Shown here in pieces: positions 48,587-57,433 of a DNA stretch of 64,000 nucleotides. Numbering within the stretch: position 1 is the first letter of the stretch; each line of letters opens with the position of its first letter. The stretch lies in assembly GCA_028279585.1 (NCBI GenBank), contig JANQNL010000003.1, positions 1,327 through 65,326 on the forward strand, written 5' to 3'. The stretch comes from Thermoplasmatota archaeon (lineage in GTDB: Archaea; Thermoplasmatota; Penumbrarchaeia; JANQNL01). Below the pieces are notes generated by a model that ran no database searches, was not told where the DNA came from, and saw only the letters and a program-made list of their open reading frames with translations. Position numbers and translations under genes: made by a program.

Positions 48587-50820
48587 TCGATCACCTCACT
48601 TGTTTCATCCAAACCTTTCATTAGATCAATGGTCAAAATCGATGTTACTATCAAACCGATACCATACAGAATTGGAGATAATAACATCAATGTGATGATA
48701 TCAAGACCAAGAAGATAGAAGATCGGGAAGAATAGCAATGTTACAAAAGCGACCCCGAGGTCTATTCCAAGGACCCTTATCGACCTTTCAGCAGTTCTAT
48801 TGACCTCTTTCAGAACCAGGTGCAATGAATATCTGTTCATCAATAATGCAAAGGGAACAAGCATGATCAATCCGAAGATGATCATAGTTCTACCTGTTTG
48901 ATTGTAGATGAAATCGATGGCGCAAATGAACAGGAGGCATAGCCCGATATAAACGATCAAATAAGAGCCAAAAAGCAAACGAAGAGAGTTTCTTACTGAG
49001 GGATCATGGGGCCTTTCCTGTTCAATGAACGCAGACACTCCTTTCCAGATATGTCTTCTTCCGATCTCGAACGCAGATGCTACCGAGATGAACCCAAAGA
49101 ATCCCATTAAGGTCACTCCAAACAGTTCTGGTGGGTCCCAGAACGGATTGCTCATTGAATTGTAATCATAGTTCATAGAAAAGAGTAGAGCAAGGAACTG
49201 CAAGACCAACAATACGACAGCCCCACCTATGAACCACGTGTACGCCCTTCCAATTTGCTTAAAGGGATCGATCTTGGATCCCTCCTTCCCTCTTTTTAAC
49301 AGCCGATCGATTAGCGTGGTGGCCCAAGTACCTAGGATAACGCAGATGGCCAGGATGAATCCTATTAATAGGAATATGAAGGTGAAGACATAGTCGTCCC
49401 ATCCCAATAGTTCTGGTGGGGTTTCACCCCCTTCTGGATATTCTATGGGGGATGTTTGGTTCGATGTGCCATTGGAAGTGGGACCATCGAACAACCAAGC
49501 ATTTATCCCACCCCCCCAGGAACATGCTACACAATCAAGATCATTATCGCCGTCCCAATCACCGAAATTGGCACCGTATGCCGAACCACCAACGGTCAAT
49601 GGATCTGCTTTCAATTCAGCTTCATCTTTGCTATCATCACCTCTGAATATCCAGGTCCATCCGTTCGGAAGATCGTTGATATAGACATAGACATCACTTC
49701 CACCATTATTAGCTGCGATCAACTCAGGTTTCCCATCGCCGGTGATATCTGCTAGTTCCATCTGGTCCCAATGTCCTCCGCTATCATGTAATCCAGCGCT
49801 GGCATCGGTCCATTCGAAATCCATACCTCCGTTGGAACCACCTCCATTGCCCAACCAGGCCCGCATACCCTGGCTTCTTGTACCATATATTACATCCTGG
49901 TTCCCATCCAGGTCAAGGTCCTCTATTTTGATACCAAAACCTTGTCTTCGAACTTCTTTGAAAGTGATTTCTTCCCAAGTCCTTGCCTCTGTCTGAATAT
50001 ACATCCGTATATCGTAAGACCCCATATATGGACAAGCAACAAGGTCCAACAACCCGTCATTGTTCAGGTCTCCAGCATCAACCCCTGTCATCTCATTATC
50101 TGTCATTGGAGGGCCGCTTGCTTGCCAGGAATCGAGGGAACCGGTTCCGAACCAGACCTTCACAGAATCCAGTGTCGTGACCACTATATCCATATAGGTA
50201 TCATTATCGAGGTCCGCAACGATCGCTTCGTTGGAGGATTCCCCGATAGATATCTTATGAGCGAAGGTGAAACCTCCCTGGCCGTCTCCGGCATATATCT
50301 CAAGTCCGTTCTCGTCACCATCGTACCATTCCGTTAGCAATGGCGCGATGATATCAAGGTCCCCATCGTTGTCGAGGTCTCCGAAGTCCAAAGCTCCATA
50401 GCTCTTACCGCAATCATCTCCTGGAAGACCACTACCGAACTTGACCCATTCTCCAAGGTCTAGATCGAACTCATATGCCCAGATCCCGTAGGTATAGCGA
50501 GGAAGCCGGCTAGCACCGCCAAGGTAGATCTCATCACGCCCGTTCCCGTTGGAATCGAACACATCCACAGCGGAGAAGGATGCATCCTCAGGAAGGCCCT
50601 TGGAGATCTCGGTCCTTCCTTCTATCTTGAAAGTGTGCTCTTCCTCGGAGGCCACGTTGAACGGCGTCAAGGAGATCACTAGTAATAGTAGGATCGCAGC
50701 AAGTAGAACCGTTCCTTTGATCCGATCCGATCCGATAAGACCGATGGTGGATCCCACTTTGAAGTCTCGATGCGTCCTTTTTTTGCTAGAGCTTTTAGAA
50801 CGCTTCCTTTCCTGTCGCAT
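48583..50820 (-). CDS. FG-GAP/VCBS beta-propeller fused to a C-terminal polytopic (about 6 TM) membrane domain
   Basis: N-terminal signal anchor. Repeats DLDNDGDLDII, GDLNNDGLLDLV, DLDLDGNQDVIY, DITGDGKPELIAA, GDWDGDNDLDCVA. About 270 aa of hydrophobic helices follow. GAGGAGGG RBS. Confidence 0.7.
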   Translation of the reverse strand: MRQERKRSKSSSKKRTHRDFKVGSTIGLIGSDRIKGTVLLAAILLLLVISLTPFNVASEEEHTFKIEGRTEISKGLPEDASFSAVDVFDSNGNGRDEIYLGGASRLPRYTYGIWAYEFDLDLGEWVKFGSGLPGDDCGKSYGALDFGDLDNDGDLDIIAPLLTEWYDGDENGLEIYAGDGQGGFTFAHKISIGESSNEAIVADLDNDTYMDIVVTTLDSVKVWFGTGSLDSWQASGPPMTDNEMTGVDAGDLNNDGLLDLVACPYMGSYDIRMYIQTEARTWEEITFKEVRRQGFGIKIEDLDLDGNQDVIYGTRSQGMRAWLGNGGGSNGGMDFEWTDASAGLHDSGGHWDQMELADITGDGKPELIAANNGGSDVYVYINDLPNGWTWIFRGDDSKDEAELKADPLTVGGSAYGANFGDWDGDNDLDCVACSWGGGINAWLFDGPTSNGTSNQTSPIEYPEGGETPPELLGWDDYVFTFIFLLIGFILAICVILGTWATTLIDRLLKRGKEGSKIDPFKQIGRAYTWFIGGAVVLLVLQFLALLFSMNYDYNSMSNPFWDPPELFGVTLMGFFGFISVASAFEIGRRHIWKGVSAFIEQERPHDPSVRNSLRLLFGSYLIVYIGLCLLFICAIDFIYNQTGRTMIIFGLIMLVPFALLMNRYSLHLVLKEVNRTAERSIRVLGIDLGVAFVTLLFFPIFYLLGLDIITLMLLSPILYGIGLIVTSILTIDLMKGLDETSEVIE

Positions 50821-50842
50821 ATCTATCCCTCCTCACTTCTTC

Positions 50843-52327
50843 TTATCTGGCCCTTTTTCTGATGATCAAGACAAAAACGACTATCAATATCACGAGCAGG
50901 ACCCCTATGACCAGGACCCACCAGTACGAGAGGATCCCGCCTCCAAGGTTCATTTCCTGATCTGTGCCATCATCACTTGAGGGTGTGACAGGTTGGTCGT
51001 CTACTATGGGCTCAACATAACCATCATCAACAGGATCATCGCCATTATCAGGTTCGACGTCGTCATCTTGTGGATCATCGCCATCACCAGGTTCGACGTC
51101 GTCATCTATTGGATCATCGTCATCATCATCCGGAGGCACAGGGTTCCCGTTCAGATCGTTCAACCAGACAGAGACACCATCTCCCCAGGATGCTCCTGCG
51201 ATATCCTCATCACCATCATGATCGATGTCTGCAACAGCGCACCCGTAATAGGTCCCGCTTGGGAGGCCCGTATCGCTTGCTTCGGTCCATGTCCAGGAGG
51301 AGAATGCACCTGTACCTCCCTTATAGATCTCGACCCTTGTGTTGGAGCCTGCGGTGACAATATCATAGTATGAGTCCTGATCAATATCTACGACCTGCAA
51401 CTCACCGTATTCACCATTTATTGGAAGACCGCTCGATGCATCAGAAAAGCTCCAATCGCTGTTTCCTGTGAAGGCGCTTATTCCTCTCCATTGGGAATTG
51501 ACGATAAGGTCCTGATGTCCATCCTTGTTGAAATCAATGATATCTATCCCAAAATTATTGTTTCTAGTGATCGGGGAAGAGTCTGTCTTATCTGTCCACT
51601 TTCCATTTCCATCCCCTTGATACAGATGGACCCCATTTCCGTTATAATCGGTTGCCGCCATGTCAAGGTGTCCATCACCATCGATATCTCCAAGCGTGAC
51701 TCCAGTGTATTCGTCATCATCAGGAAGTCCATCGGAGGATTCGGTCCAGGTATTTGCGGTCCCATCTCCCAACCAAACCTTGATCCCTTCTGATTGAGTA
51801 GCCGCTATGATATCCATGTTATTATCATCGTTGATATCTTCGATCAACAATTGGGATGCATATTCAGAGGTGTATGGTGAGGAACCTTTGCTCCATCCTC
51901 CTTCTCCATCACCAAGATAGAGCACTATCCCGTTGGGGTCTGATCTTGCCCAGTGATCGTGTCCGGCAATGAGGTCAAGGTTCCCATCATTGTTCAGATC
52001 ACCAAGCTCCACAACCCCATAACTTCCAGTTGTGGGGAGGTCCGAGCTGGAATCGGTCCATTCACCATATCCGTCACCTAAGCTTACGAACAGGCCAAAG
52101 TATCTGCTATCAAGATATCCACCACCGCAGTATGCGATATCTAGATCATCATCGTTGTTGACATCTCCAAATGTCACATAGTTGTATTCTTCGGTTGTGG
52201 GTAATCCATTGGACGATCCACTATAGGACTCAGCCTGGACATTGGGTAGGAGCAAGATCATTGTCGATAGTCCTAGAACCAGTATGATCAGTGATGATAG
52301 AACTCGGATAAGGCTATTGGATCTCAT
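50843..52327 (-). CDS. FG-GAP repeat surface protein with a poly-Asp stalk, C-terminal TM anchor and RKRAR tail
   Basis: Signal peptide. Repeats GDVNNDDDLDIAY, GDLNNDGNLDLIAG, GDIDGDGHLDMAA, DIDHDGDEDIAGA. The stalk DDDDDDPIDDDVEPGDGDDPQDDDVEPDNGDDPVDD precedes the TM. Confidence 0.75.
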   Translation of the reverse strand: MRSNSLIRVLSSLIILVLGLSTMILLLPNVQAESYSGSSNGLPTTEEYNYVTFGDVNNDDDLDIAYCGGGYLDSRYFGLFVSLGDGYGEWTDSSSDLPTTGSYGVVELGDLNNDGNLDLIAGHDHWARSDPNGIVLYLGDGEGGWSKGSSPYTSEYASQLLIEDINDDNNMDIIAATQSEGIKVWLGDGTANTWTESSDGLPDDDEYTGVTLGDIDGDGHLDMAATDYNGNGVHLYQGDGNGKWTDKTDSSPITRNNNFGIDIIDFNKDGHQDLIVNSQWRGISAFTGNSDWSFSDASSGLPINGEYGELQVVDIDQDSYYDIVTAGSNTRVEIYKGGTGAFSSWTWTEASDTGLPSGTYYGCAVADIDHDGDEDIAGASWGDGVSVWLNDLNGNPVPPDDDDDDPIDDDVEPGDGDDPQDDDVEPDNGDDPVDDGYVEPIVDDQPVTPSSDDGTDQEMNLGGGILSYWWVLVIGVLLVILIVVFVLIIRKRAR

Positions 52328-52330
52328 CCA

Positions 52331-53368
52331 TCACACCTCGATGAGCTTGTACTTTGCAGAACCGAGGCCGATGCTCTCAGAATACGCAAAGACCTTGCTT
52401 CCTCTGAACTTCTTTCCATTCTCTTTCACAATGTCCCAAGAGGCCTTGTCGATGGCCACAGGGTCTGTGGATGCCATGATGCCGATGTCGTCCATTATCA
52501 CCTTCATCTTCTTACCCTCACAATCACAGCCCTTTGTGACGTTCATTATGAAGTTGATGTAGATGTTCCGCTTGCCTTTCTGAGCAGCATATGCATACTC
52601 GGCCAACTTCTCTCGGAACGTACCCATCTGGAACGCCGAGACGATCCCCTGTACCTGCATGATGCTCACTGCTTTGTGTGGACATATCGCAGAACATGCA
52701 CCGCATCCAACACACTTGTCGTGGTCAATGAAGGACTTGTCACCGATCGTGATAGCGTCCACCGCACACCTTGACTGGCAGAGGTGACACTTCTTGCACT
52801 TGCGGTTCGAGATCTTCGGTTTTATCCCCATGTGCATGGCGAGCTTGCCACCCTTGGACGCACAGCCCATTGACAGCTGCTTGATGGCTCCTCCGAAACC
52901 AGCGATCCCGTGGCCCTTGAAGTGTGCCAGGACAAGAAGCTGGTCGTAGTCTCCGAACGCTGCACCGATCTTGCAGGTCTTATAATGCTTCAGATCGACC
53001 TTGATCTCATCGAACTCCTGACCGTGGGACCCATCAGCAATGACGATAGGTACTCTGGTGAAGCCGTGGTTCTTTGCGGTCTTGATGTGTACCTCTTCTT
53101 TATCCCGAACCCCCCCATAGAGGACGTTCGTCTCCATGAAGCATGTCTCGATGTCGTTGTCCTCTAGGTAGTCTATGATCCCATCGAAGTTCTCCGATCT
53201 GATGAAGGTAATGTTACCTCCCTCTCCGAAATGGACCTTCATGGGGATCTTGTCGTTGAGCTTCACCTTCTCTTTCTTAACAACGGTCTCGAGAAGTTCT
53301 CTTGACATCTTCTGAGCTTTTTTTGCAGAGCTCTTTCCCTTGAACCTTTTGAAATAGACATTCGACAT
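52331..53368 (-). CDS. DUF362-domain protein with a 4Fe-4S ferredoxin domain
   Basis: CKKCHLCQSRCAVDAI and CVGCGACSAICP are two CxxCxxCxxxCP clusters. The N-terminal DUF362 assignment is from the overall sequence pattern, not a defined motif. Confidence 0.75.
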   Translation of the reverse strand: MSNVYFKRFKGKSSAKKAQKMSRELLETVVKKEKVKLNDKIPMKVHFGEGGNITFIRSENFDGIIDYLEDNDIETCFMETNVLYGGVRDKEEVHIKTAKNHGFTRVPIVIADGSHGQEFDEIKVDLKHYKTCKIGAAFGDYDQLLVLAHFKGHGIAGFGGAIKQLSMGCASKGGKLAMHMGIKPKISNRKCKKCHLCQSRCAVDAITIGDKSFIDHDKCVGCGACSAICPHKAVSIMQVQGIVSAFQMGTFREKLAEYAYAAQKGKRNIYINFIMNVTKGCDCEGKKMKVIMDDIGIMASTDPVAIDKASWDIVKENGKKFRGSKVFAYSESIGLGSAKYKLIEV

Positions 53369-53382
53369 GCGAACACTTCCAC

Positions 53383-54351
53383 CTATTTCTTATCCAAGCC
53401 TACGATCTTGCGGCTCATCTTCACAAGCTTCTTTGCTGTCTTCATGTCACGAGCATTGGGATTCGGAGACCTCATAGGCCAACCACCGTTCTTGCACTCC
53501 TTGTCGCGATAGAGCACACTGCTCTGGCTGTAGTATTCGCCACTATGCTCTGGAACATCATCTGCAAGCATTACATGGAGGGATGTCTGGGCAGACTCCC
53601 AGTTGCTATCGGACATACCACTGGTGAAGGGTCGTGCAACGGCCATGATCAATTTCATGAACGCTCCGCCACCGCTGCCGAAGTTCGACCTTGCCCATCC
53701 TGGATGGACAGAAGCTGTAGTTATTCCTGTACCTTCTAGTCTCTTTGCGAGCTCCATGGCATAGAGGATGGTTGCGACCTTGGCTTCACCGTAGGCTGCA
53801 AAGTTCTTCCACTGTCTCTTCTTGTAGTTCAGATCCTCAAGGTGTACCTTCGGCCTGTTCTTTGGATTTCCTGCATGTACGACCGATGAAACGATGAGCA
53901 TCCTTGACGGAGCGCTCTTCTTCAACATATCGAGCAGGAGCTCGGTAAGAAGGAAATGGCCGAAGTAGCTGACACCGATGGTGGTCTCGAGACCGTCCTT
54001 GGTGCGCTGTATCTCATTGCCCATGACCACGAGTCCAGCGTTACAAACAAGCCCATCAAGCCTGTCATACTTCTTCTCGAACTTCGCTACAAAGTCCCTT
54101 ACAGACTGGAGGTCTGCGAGGTCCATTCTCATGATGTCGTAGGTCCCTTTCAGACCCTTGAATCCTGTAGCAACCTCCTTTGCAGCTTCCGGTCGCCTGC
54201 AGGCCATGATCACATGACCCCCCTGTTTGATCAGCTGCCTCGTGGTCTCAAGACCGACCCCCGAGTTTGCCCCAGTAACGATGTATATCTTGTCCTTCAA
54301 GTTCTTTTTAAGGTCCTTCTTATCGGCCCATATAAGATTCTTTCTTGTCAT
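53383..54351 (-). CDS. SDR family oxidoreductase
   Basis: IYIVTGANSGVGLET...NAG...YGEAK. ATG at 54351 with an AGGTGA RBS. Confidence 0.8.
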   Translation of the reverse strand: MTRKNLIWADKKDLKKNLKDKIYIVTGANSGVGLETTRQLIKQGGHVIMACRRPEAAKEVATGFKGLKGTYDIMRMDLADLQSVRDFVAKFEKKYDRLDGLVCNAGLVVMGNEIQRTKDGLETTIGVSYFGHFLLTELLLDMLKKSAPSRMLIVSSVVHAGNPKNRPKVHLEDLNYKKRQWKNFAAYGEAKVATILYAMELAKRLEGTGITTASVHPGWARSNFGSGGGAFMKLIMAVARPFTSGMSDSNWESAQTSLHVMLADDVPEHSGEYYSQSSVLYRDKECKNGGWPMRSPNPNARDMKTAKKLVKMSRKIVGLDKK

Positions 54352-54365
54352 TTGTATCACCTGTT

Positions 54366-54458
54366 TTAGATCAGTTCACCTCGCCTCGTATGTATTTGTG
54401 CGAGACCCATACTGATATCGGAGGAGGCCCCGGTTATCAGAGCAACTTTATTAGCCAT
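54366..54458 (-). pseudogene. SDR N-terminal gene remnant (30 codons, MANKVALITGASSDISMGLAQIHTRRGELI*) with an intact RBS
   Basis: The DNA is near-identical to the 5' end of the SDR at 55130-55912 (ggaggaggccccggttatcag...ttggccat). The glycine-rich motif is degenerate (GIG changed to DIS) and a stop follows after 30 codons. Confidence 0.5.
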
Positions 54459-54545
54459 TTCGTTTACCTCCTAAATCTTTAGTAGAGGTATTCGTTCATG
54501 ACTATTAATAATTTACTATTGTTTAGCGGCTAAACAATAGTCTTT

Positions 54546-55001
54546 TCATTCGTCAAAAGAATCAAACAATTTCTCTGATGCCTCGAGAAACTCCCAAATG
54601 GCCTGGTATCTTGATGGATCCTCTTCAAAGAAGTCTATCAGGATCTGGACCATGCCCTCGTATGAAGCATAGGCGTTCTTGGCCACTATCTCGCCCTTAT
54701 CTGTCAAGGCCATGAACACCTCCTTCTTATTATCTTCATACTTGTACTTCCTTAGGTACCCTCTATCCACTAGCTTATTGGCCGTCTGGGATATGGCACC
54801 CTTAGTTAAGGAGAACATCTCCGCTAACTTGGTGATGTTCATGTCTGGGTTCTTGTAAACAGCTTTAATGATCTGGAGTTCCGGATAATATATGGCCTCG
54901 CCTGTACCATAATCCACTGGTTTTGCCGTATAGGCTCTCAACCTATTGTTCACTCGCTCGTACTTGACAAGGAGCTTGAGTATCTCATCAGGAGTGGCCA
55001 T
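54546..55001 (-). CDS. MarR-family transcriptional regulator
   Basis: MarR wHTH region ITKLAEMFSLTKGAISQTANKLVDRGYLRK. Confidence 0.8.
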   Translation of the reverse strand: MATPDEILKLLVKYERVNNRLRAYTAKPVDYGTGEAIYYPELQIIKAVYKNPDMNITKLAEMFSLTKGAISQTANKLVDRGYLRKYKYEDNKKEVFMALTDKGEIVAKNAYASYEGMVQILIDFFEEDPSRYQAIWEFLEASEKLFDSFDE

Positions 55002-55129
55002 AGTAATCGTATAGTTTCTAATCAATAAATAGTTTACGTACAGATTTCACCAACTATCAGTTCGTTTACACAACATACTATTAGATTCCTGTACTTAATG
55101 ATCATCCTTGTTCGGGATTGGATATATTA

Positions 55130-55912
55130 TCAATCGACCTCTTGTCCCTTCCTGATATATTGTAGCGTGTACCACTTTGGTGCAAGTGGGATCAATCTTA
55201 TCAAGAATCTCTGAGAGAAAGTAAGTCCCGCAAGCACATCGAGCTTACCTGCCATCATCCCATCATAACCCGCTAGGGCGACCTCACGAGCACTGAACGT
55301 CTTTTTAAATAGCTCTGTCTTTTCCATTTCAGAGACCTTACCGAATTCGGTCTCGGTAGCACCTGGCATGAGGGCGGTCACGGTGATGTTCGTGTCATGA
55401 AGTTCTTCATTGAGAGCATTGCTAAATGAGGTCACATATGCCTTCGTCGCATAGTAGACCGCCTGCAATGGACCCGGCATCATACTCGCTGTCGAAGACA
55501 CGTTCAGGATCTTTCCACGGTTCCTCTTGACAAAGTCTGGAAGGAAGAACCTGGTCAGTGCTGTCAAGGCCACGATATTGAGGTTGATCATCGCAAGGTC
55601 GGTCTCCCAATCCCGCTCATGGAACTTTCCCAGGCCTCCGAACCCTGCATTGTTTATGAGGTAGTCGATCTTGATCTTGGCCTTCTTGACCTCGTCGTAT
55701 ATCTCCTTCGCAGCGTTGGGTTGTGTCAGATCCTTTGTAATGATCATGACCTTGACCTTGTGCTTCTTCTCAAGCTCTTTCTTAAGCTCCTTCAGTCGAT
55801 CCTCTCTGCGAGCGATGATGACTAGATCGCCGCCACGTTCAGCGTGGATACGTGCAAATTCCTTTCCGATACCGGAGGAGGCCCCGGTTATCAGTGCCAC
55901 TTTCTTGGCCAT
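55130..55912 (-). CDS. SDR family oxidoreductase
   Basis: MAKKVALITGASSGIGKEFA...NNAG...YYATK. Confidence 0.85.
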   Translation of the reverse strand: MAKKVALITGASSGIGKEFARIHAERGGDLVIIARREDRLKELKKELEKKHKVKVMIITKDLTQPNAAKEIYDEVKKAKIKIDYLINNAGFGGLGKFHERDWETDLAMINLNIVALTALTRFFLPDFVKRNRGKILNVSSTASMMPGPLQAVYYATKAYVTSFSNALNEELHDTNITVTALMPGATETEFGKVSEMEKTELFKKTFSAREVALAGYDGMMAGKLDVLAGLTFSQRFLIRLIPLAPKWYTLQYIRKGQEVD

Positions 55913-55953
55913 ATCTATTACCGCCTGTGAATGAGAAAAAGCATTTCTTCTAT

Positions 55954-56388
55954 TTATCGATAGGATATTTTGCTACCCATCTTCCCATCCTTGAACCTTT
56001 CTGGATGGGTCAGGAAATCCCCAAGAGAACCACCGAACCAGGCGATAGGCTCCTGGGTATCAATGAAGTCCCTGTACACAGTCCCCTGGTCATACTCTCC
56101 CAGGTCCGCCTCCTTGGCCTTCTGGCTCTCGTTGGACCTCATGAAGATGAGATAGCACCTGCCGACGTTGATGTCCAGCGATGGACCGTCCTCATCGAAC
56201 AGGGCAAAGTAATCGAAGATCTTCTTGTGGTAGGCAAGCGTCCCGGTCAATGGACCATCCCAGATGTCCTCGATGGTCAGGACCAGGATCTCGTTTATGT
56301 CCCAGCACGGCAGCTCATCTAACTGGTCACGCCACGTGCGAAGTGGGGAGTCCTCGTCCACCCACCACATGGTAGGATCTTCTTCCAT
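55954..56388 (-). CDS. Hypothetical cytoplasmic protein (Trp/acidic-rich; possibly immunity-protein-like)
   Basis: Clean ATG ORF, no recognised motifs. Confidence 0.45.
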   Translation of the reverse strand: MEEDPTMWWVDEDSPLRTWRDQLDELPCWDINEILVLTIEDIWDGPLTGTLAYHKKIFDYFALFDEDGPSLDINVGRCYLIFMRSNESQKAKEADLGEYDQGTVYRDFIDTQEPIAWFGGSLGDFLTHPERFKDGKMGSKISYR

Positions 56389-56420
56389 ACAATGGGTGGA
56401 ACGAGTATGCTCGTAAAATA

Positions 56421-56891
56421 CTAACGGTCGGCATTTCCAAAGGTCAGGTCGATATCGTCCAATGTAAGGACCTCGATGCTAAGGGGATGGAGATACTGCT
56501 TAGTCGTGTCATTGAAGAAGTGCTTGTCATCCGATAGTATCCTATTACATTTCCAATTGATGGCAGAGGAGATATGCAAGGCATCTGGAGCGTGAAGACC
56601 AAGGTCGATCTGGATCTTTGTTGCGGTCCGATAGACGGTCTCATCATCACAAGAAATAAGCAATCCCGTTCGATAGAAATGTGATATGTCGAAAGCAGCT
56701 GATCTGGTCTTTGAGTCTGGAAACTTGGACCGTTTTAGTGTTCTTACTAACTCTAGCAATCCATATCTATGAAGAAAGAAAGGTCTTTTTTCTTTGGCCA
56801 TTGAATCCAATATAAGAAGAGCCTTTTCAGACCCGCATTCACCCTTTTTGAACCATTTCACGATGATACTTGTGTCAAGATAGTCGTTCAT
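56421..56891 (-). CDS. vapC: PIN-domain toxin VapC
   Basis: MNDYLDTSIIVKWF...DALHISSAI...ILSDDKHF. Confidence 0.8.
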   Translation of the reverse strand: MNDYLDTSIIVKWFKKGECGSEKALLILDSMAKEKRPFFLHRYGLLELVRTLKRSKFPDSKTRSAAFDISHFYRTGLLISCDDETVYRTATKIQIDLGLHAPDALHISSAINWKCNRILSDDKHFFNDTTKQYLHPLSIEVLTLDDIDLTFGNADR

Positions 56892-57126
56892 CCTCTTCAC
56901 GTCTTATCTCTAGTAGAGCTTCCGTCAATGACCTATTACCATGGTTCTCATTGGCGATTTTTTCAATGTCTTGCCTTATCTTGAGCAATTGGTATCGTCG
57001 TACAAGCTCCCGGATCGCCTCATTTACAGCTTCGGACCGGCTCTTGAAGTAACCATCATCTACCAAATGGTCCAGCTCGTCCATCATCAAAGGCGTAGTC
57101 CGGATGTTCAGTTGTACGCTTGCCAT
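56875..57126 (-). CDS. Ribbon-helix-helix (CopG-family) antitoxin
   Basis: MASVQLNIRTTPLMMDELDHLVDDGYFKSRSEAVNEAIRELV. It overlaps the vapC start. Confidence 0.65.
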   Translation of the reverse strand: MASVQLNIRTTPLMMDELDHLVDDGYFKSRSEAVNEAIRELVRRYQLLKIRQDIEKIANENHGNRSLTEALLEIRREEDERLS

Positions 57127-57433
57127 TAGATCACTGTATATCAATTGTTATACTTTAGTTATATAGATTACGCCGTAAGATAATGCAAAAGCTCTCTATG
57201 AGTGAGAAGAAGGAGGTTGATAAGGCGATTGTGGTTCGAAGGGAAAATGGGCGATGGTCGGGTCAGGAAAGAAGATACTCGAACAAAGATTGGGAGGTCA
57301 CTCGATCTAGGTCCGACAAAGCTCGTCGACCATCCACTTCACAACCTCGGAAAAAGAAAGGTTGGTCCATCCCATCCTGTATCTTGCAGGCAAGATGGAC
57401 CAATTTCTTGTTACCGGGTCCTCGGCCGCTTCG

